DNA from: Heterodontus francisci
Lineage: Eukaryota
DNA: 64,000 nt
Reading direction: 5' to 3'
NCBI RefSeq assembly: GCF_036365525.1
Contig: NC_090376.1
Location: 92,361,914-92,425,913, forward strand
In this document: piece after piece, positions 10,966 through 23,459 of the stretch
How the letters are laid out: each line of letters opens with the position of its first letter
Position numbering within the stretch: the stretch's first letter is position 1
Made by a program: the position numbers and the translations under genes
The notes under the pieces: model-generated
Seen by the model: only the letters and a program-made list of their open reading frames with translations
Told to the model about the DNA's origin: nothing
Databases searched by the model: none

Positions 10966-13900
10966 ATGAAAAAAGGAAAGAAGGTACCAACCCTTTGTTT
11001 TGCAAGCTGGAACGTCAGAACTATGTGTCCTGGCCTGTCGGAAGACCTTGCACAAATCAACCATTCTCGGAAGACCGCCATCATTAACAACGAGCTCAGT
11101 AGACTCAATGTAGACATTGCAGCACTTCAGGAGACATGCCTCCCTGCAAATGGATCTCTAACAGAGCATGACAACACCTTCTTCTGGCAGGGTAGGGATC
11201 CTGAAGAACCAAGACAGCATGGAGTGGGCTTCGCCATCAGAAACTCCTTGCTCAGCATGATAGAGCCTCCCTCAAATGGCTCGGAACGCATACTGTCAAT
11301 CCGACTGCTCACCGCCTCTCGTCCAGTACACCTACTCAGCATCTATGCTCCAACACTCTGCTCCTCACCTGAAGCTAAAGACCAGTTCTACAAGGAACTC
11401 CATAATATCATTAGTAGCATCCCCAACATCGAACACCTGTTCCTGCTGGGGGACTTTAATGCCAGGGTTGGGGCCGACCATGACTCATGGCCCTCCTGCC
11501 TTGGGCGCTATGGCGTTGGAAGGATGAATGAGAATGGACAGAGACTGCTTGAGTTGTGTACCTATCATAACCTCTGCATCACCAACTCGTTCTTTCACAC
11601 TAAACCCTGTCACCAGGTTTCATGGAGGCACCCAAGATCGCGTCGTTGGCACCAGCTAGACCTCATCATCACAAGGCGAGCCTCCTTAAACAGTGTTCAA
11701 ATCACACGCAGCTTCCACAGTGCGGACTGCGACACCGACCACTCCCTGGTGTGCAGCAAGGTTAGACTCAGACCAAAGAAGTTGCATCACTCCAAGCAGA
11801 AGGGCCACCCACGCATCAACACGAGCAGAATTTCTCATCCACAGCTGTTACAAAAATTTCTAAATTCACTTGTAAAAGCCCTTCAAAACACTCCCACAGG
11901 GGATGCTGAGACCAAGTGGGCCCACATCAGAGACGCCATCTATGAGTCAGCTTTGACCACCTACGGCAAACGTGCGAAGAGGAATGCAGACTGGTTTCAG
12001 TCTCATATTGAAGAGCTGGAACCTGTCATAGCCGCTAAGCACATTGCACTGTTGAACTACAAGAAAGCCCCCAGCGAGTTAACATCCGTAGCACTTAAAG
12101 CAGCCAGAAGCACTGCACAAAGAACAGCCAGGCGCTGCGCAAATGACTACTGGCAACACCTTTGCAGTCATATTCAGCTGGCCTCAGACACCGGAAACAT
12201 CAGAGGAATGTATGATGGCATTAAGAGAGCTTTTGGGCTAACCATCAAGAAGATCGCCCCCCTCAAATCTAAATCAGGGGACATAATCACTGACATACGC
12301 AAGCAAATGGACCGCTGGGTTGAGCACTACAAAGAACAAAGAAAATTACAGCACAGGAACAGGCCCTTCGGCCCTCCAAGCCTGCGCCGATCCAAATCCT
12401 CTATCTAAACATGTCACCTATTTTCTAAGGGTCTGTATCTCTTTGCTTCCTGCCCATTCATGTATCTGTCTAGATACATCTTAAAAGACGCTATCGTGCG
12501 CGCGTCTACCACCTCCGCTGGCAACGCGTTCCAGGCACCCACCACCCTCTGCGTAAAGAACTTTCCATGCATATCCCCCCTAAACCTTTCCCCTCTCACT
12601 TTGAACTCGTGACCCCTAGTAATTGAATCCCCCACTCTGGGAAAAAGCTTCTTGCTATCCACCCTGTCTATACCTCTCATGATTTTGTACACCTCAATCA
12701 GGTCCCCCCTCAACCTCCGTCTTTCTAATGAAAATAATCTTAATCTACTCAACCTCTCTTCACAGCTAGTGCCCTCCGTACCAGGCAACATCCTGGTGAA
12801 CCTCCTCTGCACCCTTTCCAAAGCATCTACATCCTTTTGGTAATGTGGCGACCAGAACTGCACGCAGTATTCCAAATGTGGCCGAACCAAAGTCTTATAC
12901 AACTGTAACATGACCTGCGAACCCTTGTACTCAATACCCCGTCCGATGAAGGAAAGCATGCCATATGCCTTCTTGACCACTCTATTGACCTGCGTTGCCA
13001 CCTTCAGGGAACAATGGACCTGAACACCCAAATCTCTCTGTACATCAATTTTCCCCAGGACTTTTCCATTTACTGTATAGTTCACCATTAAATTGGATCT
13101 TCCAAAATGCATCACCTCGCATTTGCCCTGATTGAACTCCATCTGCCATTTCTCTGCCCAACTCTCCAATCTATCTATATTCTGCTGTATTCTCTGACAG
13201 TCCCCTTCACTATCTGCTACTCCACCAATCTTAGTGTCATCTGCAAACTTGCTAATCAGACCACCTATACTTTCCTCCAAATCATTTATGTATATCACAA
13301 ACAACAGTGGTCCCAGCACGGATCCCTGTGGAACACCACTGGTCACACGTCTCCATTTTGAGAAACTTCCTTCCACTGCTACTCTCTGTCTCCTGTTGCC
13401 CAGCCAGTTCTTTATCCATCTAGCTAGTACACTCTGGACCCCATGCGACTTCACTTTCTCCATCAGCCTACCATGGGGAACCTTATCAAACGCCTTACTG
13501 AAGTCCATGTATATGACATCTACAGCCCTTCCCTCATCAATCAACTTTGTCACTTCCTCAAAGAATTCTACCTAGAACTGTACTCCAGGGAGAATGTTGT
13601 CACTGAGACTGCCCTCAATGCAGCCCAGCCTCTACCTGTCATGGATGAGCTGGACGTACAGCCAACAAAATCGGAACTCAGTGATGCCATTGATTCTCTA
13701 GCCAGCGGAAAAACCGCTGGGAAGGACAGCATTACCCCTGAAATAATCAAGAGTGCCAAGCCTTCTGTACTCTCAGCACTATGTGAACTGCTTTGCCTGT
13801 GCTGGGACGAGGGAGCAGTACCTCAGGACATTCGCGATGCCAATATCATCACCCTCTATAAAAACAAAGGTGACCGCGGTGACTGCAACAACTACCGTGG

Positions 13901-15398
13901 AATCTCCCTGTTCAGCATAGTGGGGAAAGTCTTTGCTCGAGTCGCTTTAAACAGGCTCCAGAAGCTGGCCGAGCGCGTCTTCCCTGAGGCACAGTGTGGC
14001 TTTCGTGCAAAGCGATCGACCATTGACATGCTGTTCTCCCTTCGTCAGATACAGGAGAAATGCCACGAACAACAGATGCCCCTCTACATTGCTTTCATTG
14101 ATCTCACCAAAGCCTTTGACCTCGTCAGCAGACGTGGTCTCTTCAGACTATGAAAAAAGATTCGTTGTCCACCAAAGCTACTAAGTATCATCACCTCATT
14201 CCATCACAATATGAAAGGCACAATTCAGCATAGCGGCACCTCATCAGACCCCTTTCCTATCCTGAGTGGCGTGAAACAGGGCTGTGTTCTCCCACCCACA
14301 CTGTTTGGGATTTTCTTCTTCCTGCTGCTCTCACATGCGTTCAAGTCTTCAAAAGAAGGAATTTTCCTCCACACAAGATCAGATGGCAGGTTGTTCAACC
14401 TTGCCCGTCTAAGAGCGAAGACCAAAGTACGGAAGGTCCTCATCAGGGAACTCCTCTTTGCTGACTATGCTGCTTTAACATCTCACACTGAAGAGTGTCT
14501 GCAGAGTCTCATCGACAGGTTTGCGGCTGCCTGCAACGAATTTGGCCTAACCATCAGCCACAAGAAAACAAACATCATGGGACAAGATGTCAGAAATGCT
14601 CTATCCATCAATATTGGCGACCACGCTCTGGAAGTGGTTCAAGAGTTCACCTACCTAGGCTCAACTATCACCAGTAACCTGTCTCTCAATGCAGAAATCA
14701 ACAAGCGCATGGGAAAGGCTTCCACTGCTATGTCCAGACTGGCCAAGAGAGTGTGGGAAAATGGCACACTGACACGGAACATAAAAGTCCGAGTGTATCA
14801 AGCCTGTGTCCTCAGTACCTTGCTCTACGGCAGCGAGGCCTGGACAACATATGTCAGCCAAGAGCGACGTCTCAATTCATTCCATCTTCGCTGCCTCCGG
14901 AGAATCCTTGGCATCAGGTGGCAGGACCGTATCTCCAGCACAGAAGTCCTCGAGGCGGCCAACATCCCCAGTTTATACACACTACTGAGTCAGCGGCTCT
15001 TGAGATGGCTTGGCCATGTGAGCTGCATGGAAGATGGCAGGATCCCCAAAGACACATTGTACAGCGAGCTCGCCACTGGTATCAGACCCACCGGCCGTCC
15101 ATGTCTCTGCTTTAAAGACGTCTGCAAACACGACATGAAGTCCTGTGACATTGATCACAAGTCGTGGGAATCAGTTGCCAGCGATCGCCAGAACTGGCGG
15201 ACAGCCATAAAGGCGGGGCTAAAGAGTGGCGAGTCGAAGAGATTTAGCAGTTGGCAGGAAAAAAGACAGAAGCGCAAGGGGAGAGCCAACTGTGTAACAG
15301 CCCCGACAAACAAATTCTTCTGCAGCACCTGTGGAAGAGCCTGTCATTCTAGAATTGGCCTTTATAGCCACTCCAGGCGCTGCTCCACACACCACTGA
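10966..15398 (+). pseudogene. RTE APE-RT-zinc finger polyprotein, disrupted
   Basis: APE motifs ASWNVRT, IAALQET, LLGDFNARVG and DTDH. RT motifs NYRGISL, FIDLTKAFD and GVKQG. C-terminal CSTCGRACHSRIGLYSHSRRC. The frame rejoins across the CR1 (12330 to 13572, ...EHY|LELYSRE...). There is one in-frame TGA at 14151-14153. Confidence 0.92.
12331..13567 (-). mobile_element. Young 5'-truncated CR1 nested in the RTE ORF
   Basis: Open 379-aa frame 12414-13553 (YMDFSKAFD, GVPQGSVLGP, FADDTK, LEYCVQFWSP). AAAGAAC-type tail. CTAC is duplicated at 12327-12330 and 13568-13571. Confidence 0.95.
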
Positions 15399-16128
15399 CC
15401 ACCTCCAGGCGTTTACCCATTGTCTCTCGAGATAAGGAGGCCAAAGAAAAAAAGAAGATAACAGTACATACTTCAAAAATACTTAATTGGCTGTAAAGGT
15501 CTTCAGGATGTTCTAAGGTCATGAAAGGTGCTGGATGAAAGGTTATTCTTTCTTCCAAAGTGGACCCATTGGACTTTACATGTGGCACATAATCATTCTA
15601 AGTGCATATTTGTGTTCATTACTGAGTGGCTCTATTTGAGTAGCAAAAATTACATAACATGCTGCAACACAAACTTCATCAGCTTCCTTGTATTTGATCT
15701 AAGTGGAATAGCTTGTGTTTAAAAAATTTTGTATAATTTGATCTTATCCATAATGTATGGAAGTTAAGCAGGTTTTTTTAGATAACGTTTGAAATAAATG
15801 GCACACACTGACAAATTGGATACTCTTAATTTCCTGTGGAAATAATTGTTTATTAATCCTTATTTTGATATTGATGATTCGCTCTGATGCAGTGGGTAAA
15901 TCCAAGACACAGTAAACACCGTTTGAAATATAAATTTCCCCCATAAGATTTTTTACCTGCAGATATTAAATTGCTTGATGGCATAATATAGTTTCAGCAT
16001 GCCCCACATATGATCTCTGATCTTTGCTGTGTTAATAGATTGCAAGGTGGGGTAGTTTTGTGCTTTACAGTATCTTAACAGATTTTATTAATTATTTGTT
16101 CTGTGAAAATCTGCTTACTTTTCCACAG

Positions 16129-16233
16129 CTATTGGCATTTCTTCAAGGATTATTCACATTCTACCATGAAGGTTATGAGCTTGCACAGGAATTTGCTCCA
16201 TACAAGCAGCAGCTACAGTACAATCTGCAAAAT
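16129..16233 (+). CDS. ARHGAP42: ARHGAP42 internal coding exon (BAR domain end), 105 bp, phase 0/0
   Basis: ttccacag|...|gtaag. Encodes [35 protein letters not shown], recognised as GRAF3/ARHGAP42. Confidence 0.93.
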
Positions 16234-16627
16234 GTAAGATTTCTTCTATTCCAAAACCATGGCGAAAGGTTGAGATATATTGTGCAGGATAGTACCACAA
16301 TTTAAAAGAAAGGAGGCAAATCAGGAAATCGTGATTCGTGATGCTAAGCTTGGTTTTTAAAAGCCTGAAGATTCTAACAGGAAGGAATAACTTAGAAGGC
16401 AAGGAGTTTTTTTGTATTTAAACTCCAGGGAAGGGATAAAAAAGATTAAGGAACTATGCATTGCCTCAATTTTCACAATGTAAGTTGTAGAGAGGAAGAA
16501 GAATGTGTATGATAGTATATTTGGAACTCAGAAGAAACAAGAGAGGAAAGTTTACTGGAGTACTCTCTACGGTACTATCAATGAAATAGAAAAAAATAAG
16601 AAAAGTTGTGATGGAGAAACAGCAGTC

Positions 16628-16830
16628 AGAATAAAGTCATAGTTTGCTATGTAATCATTCAGTTACGTTAAAAGTTGCTTAGTTTGGGGTACAATTTTTG
16701 CCTTATAACCTTAACCCAAGTAGGTGTTCGAAGGGATGCAGTCTTCCATGTGCCTTTGCTGGTTTTAGTGCTCCTAAGCTGTGCTACCACAGTGGCTGCA
16801 GAATGGCTGGTGGAAGGCTGCTGACTTTTA
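16628..16830 (+). repeat. Local ~200-bp duplication, copy 1 (copy 2 at 18073-18275)
   Basis: Both copies run AGAATAAAGTCATA...GAAGGCTGCTGACTTTTA, colinear with scattered substitutions. Confidence 0.9.
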
Positions 16831-17835
16831 GTGGAGGAGACTGCAGATGGCCTTGGAGGATGACTTCATGCAGGTCTGGACATAAAAAACCTAGCTTCAG
16901 ACTGCATCATCTTGGCATGGGCAATTTATAATTGAAAGGCTCTATTTCTATATTTTTTGTTGCTTCTTGAAGGAACATGGTACATAAACATGGTATTGAG
17001 CAATTCACAGTAGATATTTTTAAAAATTGCACGATTTTCTGGATTTTATATTGCACATAGCTGGTTTATACAAATGTGATACATTTTGATTGATAAACCA
17101 TTATTTCAAAGAAAAGTATCTGGGTACTTGTTTCAAATAGTTCTGAAGTCAGGGACTTTGAATATTTTAGTACTGTAAATCCTACAGTGTACTCAGAATA
17201 TTTATTCAAAAATTTGAATTGCTTCTTTATATCTAGACCTCATTCCAATCAATTGTATGTTTAAGTACGAATATAAAGATATGGAATGGAATGAGGTTGT
17301 TGAGCCCATTGAGTCATTTTCCCTCACAGACCCTGTTTGATTTTCTCAATTGTAGAATCTACTCACCTTTGTTCACCTTCCTTAGAAGGTTACCTATCAC
17401 AAGTAAACTTCCAAGATAAATAAACTGTCTGAAAATTCTCCTTAATCTCCAAAGGTCATTTACCAAAAGTGCAGAATATACAAACATTGGAACTTACATT
17501 ATTCAATTCTGACTTGCTGGACTGCACAGTTGATGCCTTTTTGGTTCCAGCAGAGCAAGGCCATTTTTCTCACTGTTTTGATCATCCATATGTGTACTTA
17601 TCCTGAAACCTGCAGAATCATTCTTTCTTACTGATTCAGTTTCTTTTTTAAAAAACACATTGTAAGTGAATTTTGCTCGCAGATCAGCAAATGAGGTACA
17701 GGAGCTAGTAGTAATAAAATCAAAGGCATATGTATATTATAGTCTTTACTGCAATAATGATTGTTTTGGCCCTCTACTACACCATCTGGGCAAAATAGTT
17801 ACTGCCGCGGTAAAATTCCTGATACTTGTTATGTT

Positions 17836-18918
17836 GGACTGAATTTTGCTGTGAATGACAAACGAATGGCACCAGCTATTTGTTAGACTTACACTTGCCC
17901 ATAGACATTCTATGGGGTTTTTCTCGTCAAGTTAATATCCAAACAGTGCAGCACCTTCTACAGGACATCTGGGACCTGTGTGAAAAGGGCAAGCAACTGG
18001 GTATCTCTTTAGCCAATCATACTGAACAATTTTAATGAGCAGCACAGAGTCTGAACCAAGAAGTGTAAGTGGAGAATAAAGTCATAATTTGCTATGTAAT
18101 CATTCAGTTCAGTTAAAAGATGCGTAGTTTGGGGAACAATTTTCACTTTATATCCTTAACCCAAATAGATGTTCTAAGGGACGTAGTCTTCGGTGTGCCT
18201 TTGCTAGTTTTAGTGCTCCTGCGCTGTGCTACCCCAGTGGCTGCAACATGTCTGGTGGAAGGCTGCTGACTTTTATCGAATTCAATGTCAAATCAGGTAT
18301 GGAAGCCAAAATAAAGAGAGGGAAAGAAAGATTGGATTAAGATAGAGCAACGAAACAGATGGAAAGAGAAAGTAAAAAAAAAAGTCATTTACTTTATCTA
18401 AATCTCAGCACTAATTTACTATTGAAGGTCTGAGACTCCACACATGTAGAAGTTAATGTAGAGTCATAGAATAGTACAGCACAGAAGGAGGCCATTCAGC
18501 CCATCGAGACTGTGCCAGCTCTTTCAAAGAGCAATCCTGTTAGTCTCACTCCCTTACTCTTCCCCATAGCCCTGCAGTATTTTCTCCTTCAATGCCAGAG
18601 AGATTGTCAGTAATTAAGACTTAACAAGGGTACACAGACTGGAATGATTTGAGTTGACTTTCTCTGGTGAATATAGTCTGTACTTAGTCTATGAAGCCAG
18701 TATAGGAACTTCACACCATCAATACATTTGAATGGGATTCAGATGGCGAGTTGCCATTTTTGCTTAGCCTGTGGAAGAGCAGCACATCTTGGAAAGAAGC
18801 TTTTGGATTCTTGTGTTTAACTGCGTATGTGCACTTCCGAGATGTTGCTGTCTGATTTGTGGATAAATAATGGTAAGCGCTGTTTGCCTCACTGTTATTT
18901 TCACAGCAAAATATGGCC
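17836..18918. mobile_element. Non-autonomous TIR element carrying the duplicated segment and a CR1 3' tail (~18458-18592, minus)
   Basis: GGACTGAATTTTGCTGTGAA ... TTCACAGCAAAATATGGCC inverted ends, flanked by TGTT on both sides. Confidence 0.65.
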
Positions 18919-19007
18919 TGTTATTAAATAATTCCATCATGCTTTTGATTGTTTGCAGGATTTGCTTATCAATCAAACCTATTATTCTGCTTTAATTTTA
19001 TCTCAAG

Positions 19008-19137
19008 ACCAGAAATAATTTTGAAAGTACCAGGCAGGAAGTGGAAAGATTGATGCAGAGAATGAAGTCAGCCCCTCAGGATTACAAACCACCTGGCCAA
19101 TGGACAATGGAGGGATATCTCTATGTGCAGGAAAAGC
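19008..19137 (+). CDS. ARHGAP42: ARHGAP42 coding exon (BAR-PH junction), 130 bp, phase 0/1
   Basis: tctcaag|...|gtaag. Encodes [43 protein letters not shown]. Confidence 0.95.
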
Positions 19138-20184
19138 GTAAGTGCACAAAGGCTATTCTTGCTGCTCATTTTCGTACAACTGGCCTTTTAAAAATATAGT
19201 TGTAAGCTTTCTGCCGCCTCTCAAAGTTCTTTTAATTGTATTTCTTTATGCTTTCAAAAAATCTATAAATATTATAACTATTGGTATTCTGGTAGCACCT
19301 GTTCACCTCTAAGTCATGGATTTAATTGTAGTCTAGATTTGAGATGAATATCTTTTCACTCTGCTGGTTAATGGATTATAAATTAAATAAATTTGGTCCT
19401 TCTCAACCATGTCTCAACCATGGCCAAGGGGCCATGTGTCCACAACACTGAATTTTCTCACTATTCAACACAAATTGTCAATCTTACTCAGAAAGGCCAT
19501 AAAGTTAATTTGTATATTAGGAGAAAAATTCATACTGGTTGATTATGCATATTTTCTGGGGTTGGAGTTAAGGCAGGTTGCTGTAGAAGATTAAAGATCT
19601 TTTTAATATATCTGATCTACGAATACTTAATGCTGCACTTGAAAGCCAAAGATAGAAAAGTTCAAATCTCTCAGCACTGAAATTGCTCAGAATAATCAGA
19701 ACCAAAACTTACTAAAAGTGTGAAATAAAAAACATGTGATTCTCACACTACTATTGAACTGTTTGAGCTTTGGAGTTATTTAATACCTTAGGGTCTGTGA
19801 TCACTGAGATATATTGCTTACCATATTGAAGGCAGCTTGAGAAATTCCCCCTTGCCCAAGTGAAAACCTGCCCAAGTAATGTACTGGGTACTGTTATATT
19901 ATTGTGTTTACAAGCCTGGTCAATTTATAAGAAGACTCATAAGCTTAGCCTCCACTCTGCTAATAGAAACACTGCAAAGCAAATGGTGAGTTTTGGTTTT
20001 GGCAAAATCAAGGTCTGTTGAGGTCACAAAAATGTGTTTCCTCTGTCTTCCTAACACTACTTTAATCATGCCTTGCAAAAAAAAAATGTATATGCTAAGC
20101 TGTAGTTTGAGTGAAATGGTTGATGTATGAGTTTTTCTTTTTGTTTAAACGAGGTCATTTAGACTATAATGTACAGATGAGCCA

Positions 20185-20751
20185 CGTTCATAGAATTCCA
20201 GCACAAAAGGAGACCATTTGGCTCTGCCATGCCTGTGCAGGCTCTTTGAAATACTTGTCCAATTTAGTCCCACACCTGTGGTTTTCCCCCATAACTCTAC
20301 AAATTAGTCCTCATAAAGCACATGTCTAAATGCCTTTTCAAAGTTTCTATGGGATCTACTTCCACCATTCAGGTAATGTGTTCAGCCTTCTCTGTGAAAC
20401 AATTCTCATTTCCCTTCCAATTCTTTTGTCAGTTATTTTAAATCTATGACCTCTGGTTCCCAATCCACTTTCCAGAGATACAGCTTCTCCCTATTTGCTC
20501 TATCAAAATCCCTCGTTATTTGAATACCTCTAGTTGGTCTCCCCTTAACCGTCACTGCTCTAACACGAACAATCCCAGCTTCTCCAATTTACCCACACAC
20601 CTTTGGCCCTCAGCCCTGGTATCATCCTGGTAAACCTCCTCTATTCCCTCCCCAAGGCTTTGACTTCCTAATGTGTGGTGGCCAGAATTGGTCACAATAC
20701 TCCATCTGAGGCCAAATCAGTAATTTGTCAAAGTTTAGCATGACTTCCTTG
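20185..20751 (-). mobile_element. CR1 3' part; continues at 27776-28361 after the Harbinger insertion
   Basis: ...catgacttccttg | ttgtttttgtattc... rejoin into the same CR1 segment seen intact at ~1885-1920. Confidence 0.8.
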
Positions 20752-21204
20752 GGGGTGAATTTTATGCAGTCCACTGCAGCAGATTTGGTGGCGTGTGGGG
20801 TGATATAATTAGGCGGGAGGTGTTTTTCTGGATTCCTGATGGCAGGATTTTTAGAGGAATTGTGTCAGCGGCGGGATTGCGACATTCTGGGGATTCCCCC
20901 AGCACGGTGGCAGATTGCAGCTTTGCATTCATTTAAATAACATGCATACTCATTATCCTACGCATAGTTACAGTTTAGACCTACCTGCCAGATTAAGTAA
21001 ATGACGAACGATATTCCTGTGCCACTCGGTTCACGAATGTTTCAACGTGGCTTGCAACAGTCAGATTTGTGCAGTTGAGTCTCAGGACTGTGCTCTTCTC
21101 TCTTTAACTCAGCCGCTAATCTAACACCAGCATTGGAATGGATGTTTGCCTCCAGGCTCAGCACCAGCAGGGGTGAATCATCTCAGAGAATGGCAGCAAC
21201 GGCA

Positions 21205-21505
21205 TGGGCAGGGGCTACATGGAGGAGCAGGGGAGGGTAGTCAGGGAGAGAAATGTGGGGTTGATCAGGTGCATGGAGGTGCAGGGGTGGGGTAGTTGGG
21301 AGGGAAGGGTGGGGTTAATCGGGTGTATAGAGGAGTGGGGTGGGTAGTTGGGAGGGAAGGGTGGGGTTGATTGGATGCAGGGGAGGGTAGTTGGGAGGAA
21401 AGGTTCGGATTGATCGGGCGCATGGAGGAGCAGGGAGGGTAGTCGGGGAGGGAAGGGTAGGGCTGATCGGGTGCATTGAGGAGTAGGGCGGGATGGAGTG
21501 GGTCA
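21205..21505. repeat. Degenerate G-rich tandem repeat inside the Harbinger
   Basis: Recurrent GGGAGGGTAGTTGGGAGGGAAGGGTGGGGTTGATCGGGTGCATGGAGGAG units. Confidence 0.75.
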
Positions 21506-21553
21506 TCCAGGTTGTTGAATGGTTGATGTTGATCGTGAAGATGCATTTTGTTG

Positions 21554-22701
21554 TGTTGCAACCAAGGCGGGAGTAATGCACTGTTACTTCAGTCCCACTA
21601 CTCCACAGGTCATAGCATATCAAAAAAAGTTTCCCACCTACCGAAGAATAGCCAAATTAAACACTTTATTTGTCCCCCAGAATACAGCACACCAAACCAA
21701 GTTTCCTTAAACAACAACATCATTAACTATTTATCAGGAAAGAAATAATAAGTCTTAACTTCGAACGAGATAAATCTATGTATATGCTAAACTCCTTATT
21801 TCCTTCACCCTCATGCACACATACATTTTTTAAAAATGGTTAATCGGGAAAAGGAGTTTTGGCTTAGAGCTGTTTCTTAGGAATTAAAATGAAAAAAAAA
21901 TGATTGAGTTTATCACGTTCTGGTAGAATGTTTTTGGTGCAGTGAGGTGTCCCAGAGTCCAATAGTCAGATGCCACTCAAAGTCTGTCCAGGCGAGGTTG
22001 ATGTCTGTGATGGGTAGGCTTTCAAGGCAATTTGTCTGCAGCAGGCATCACACAGGTCTTTCAGCAGAGTTGCAGCAACCGGTCTGCTTGGGTTTTTAAA
22101 AACAGCAGTCTAGCAGTAGAAGCATTCTTGAGATTTCAGGATCTCCCAAAACATAAGAGGTAACAGGAACCACTCTGGATGCAGGAATTCTTCAGAGACT
22201 GGATGTACTAGGAATGCGCCACCTTTCCAATGCAGAAATTCTTTTCAAGAGATGTAGGATTCCTTTACAGAGAGAGGTAATACTTTTTTGGGTCTTCCTT
22301 TCTTGCTCCAGGCTGGTCAAAGCAAAATTTAAAATGCCTGCTCTTTGTCCAACTCACTGGCTTTCTAAAGGGTCCAAAGTGAAAAAAAAACCTTCCTGAA
22401 CATGGTCAAATGTCCAGACAAAGTGTCTCTTGCCATTCAAAATATAAATGCTCTGAGGAAGGCCAAACCCCTGTGGTTTACTTCAAATTGCCTGCTTTCC
22501 TGACCTTGTACCTGTTCAACTTCCTTTCAAAGCACCCATAAAGTTCATCTTTTGTTATGAACTTCCTTTTAAAACATTGCAGTAATTCCAACTATTTGCA
22601 AGTCTATTGCAGGTCCACGTCTATTGAAAATCCTTTTCAATTTTTTTTAAAAACACACAGAAGTCCAAGATTTTAGTACAAAAGTAAAACCCTTTGCAAC
22701 A
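21554..22701 (-). mobile_element. Solo LTR (probably Gypsy-type), ~1.15 kb
   Basis: Ends TGTTGCAA ... TTGCAACA (TG..CA with 8-bp inverted termini). Flanks GTTG/GATG form an imperfect 4-bp TSD. Minus-strand AATAAA near 21665; no ORF. Confidence 0.65.
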
Positions 22702-23459
22702 GATGGCTGCGAGGGAGCTGGGTGGATTAGATCAGTACCGTGTGAAAATATTTGGCAAGAGCATAAAGGGAGGAATGAGTGCTGTCGACGTTGGAGAGCT
22801 GTGGGTCAAATTGAGGGTACTGGCTAGCAGAGGGAACAGTCAAATGTGGAGGTAAATGGATTCTGTAGGGGGGAAGGTCAAGACTAGTGGGTGGGTATTA
22901 GACAACTTCATATGGAGGGGAACGGGACTCGACAACAATTGTCAGTTTGATGAGAGGAGGTTCAAGGATAAGAGTCGGCATGTCAGTAGTAACGGGAGTG
23001 GGAACGGGGGAAGGGATGGCATGAATACATTGATGATTACACTGTGCATGGTAATGGGGGGAGGCTCAATTGTAACGGGAACATTGGGTGGGTCCAGGGT
23101 GATGGGTTCAAGCTGGAAGGTTGCAGGAGGAGGTTGGAAGGTGGGGAGACTTGCTCTGAATTCCACGCTCACTTTTTTCTCCAGCAATAATGGAAACCAC
23201 GTGCACACGCAAGGATTGCAAGGAGAGTGGGAGAAGGCAAATGACAGTGGGTGTGTCTTCTACCTGGTTGCAATTTGAAGGCAGCTATAAGGGAGCCTTG
23301 ATGTTTCAGCTCACTAGCAACAGAAGTCTGAATCGCCAAGCTCTGCTTATTTATTGTTCAGAAAAGCTACAGTGACATGGGTCTCATATACCCAATTTGT
23401 CTAGTACCTTGGGAAGAAGAACAGAGAGACTAAGGAGGGCTCCTTTCTCTCAAGTCATG

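Larger units (their letters stand above)
9540..15457 (+). mobile_element. Full-length RTE-clade LINE with 10-bp TSD, interrupted by a CR1
   Basis: TSD ATAACAGTAC at 9530-9539 and 15458-15467. ~1.4 kb 5' leader, APE+RT ORF and AAG-rich tail. Confidence 0.92.

Noticed and set aside
16060-16305. 81-aa ORF as a standalone gene (likewise 38723-39013)
   Set aside because: These merely overlap spliced ARHGAP42 exons, in frame for the first and out of frame for the second; the rest is intron.
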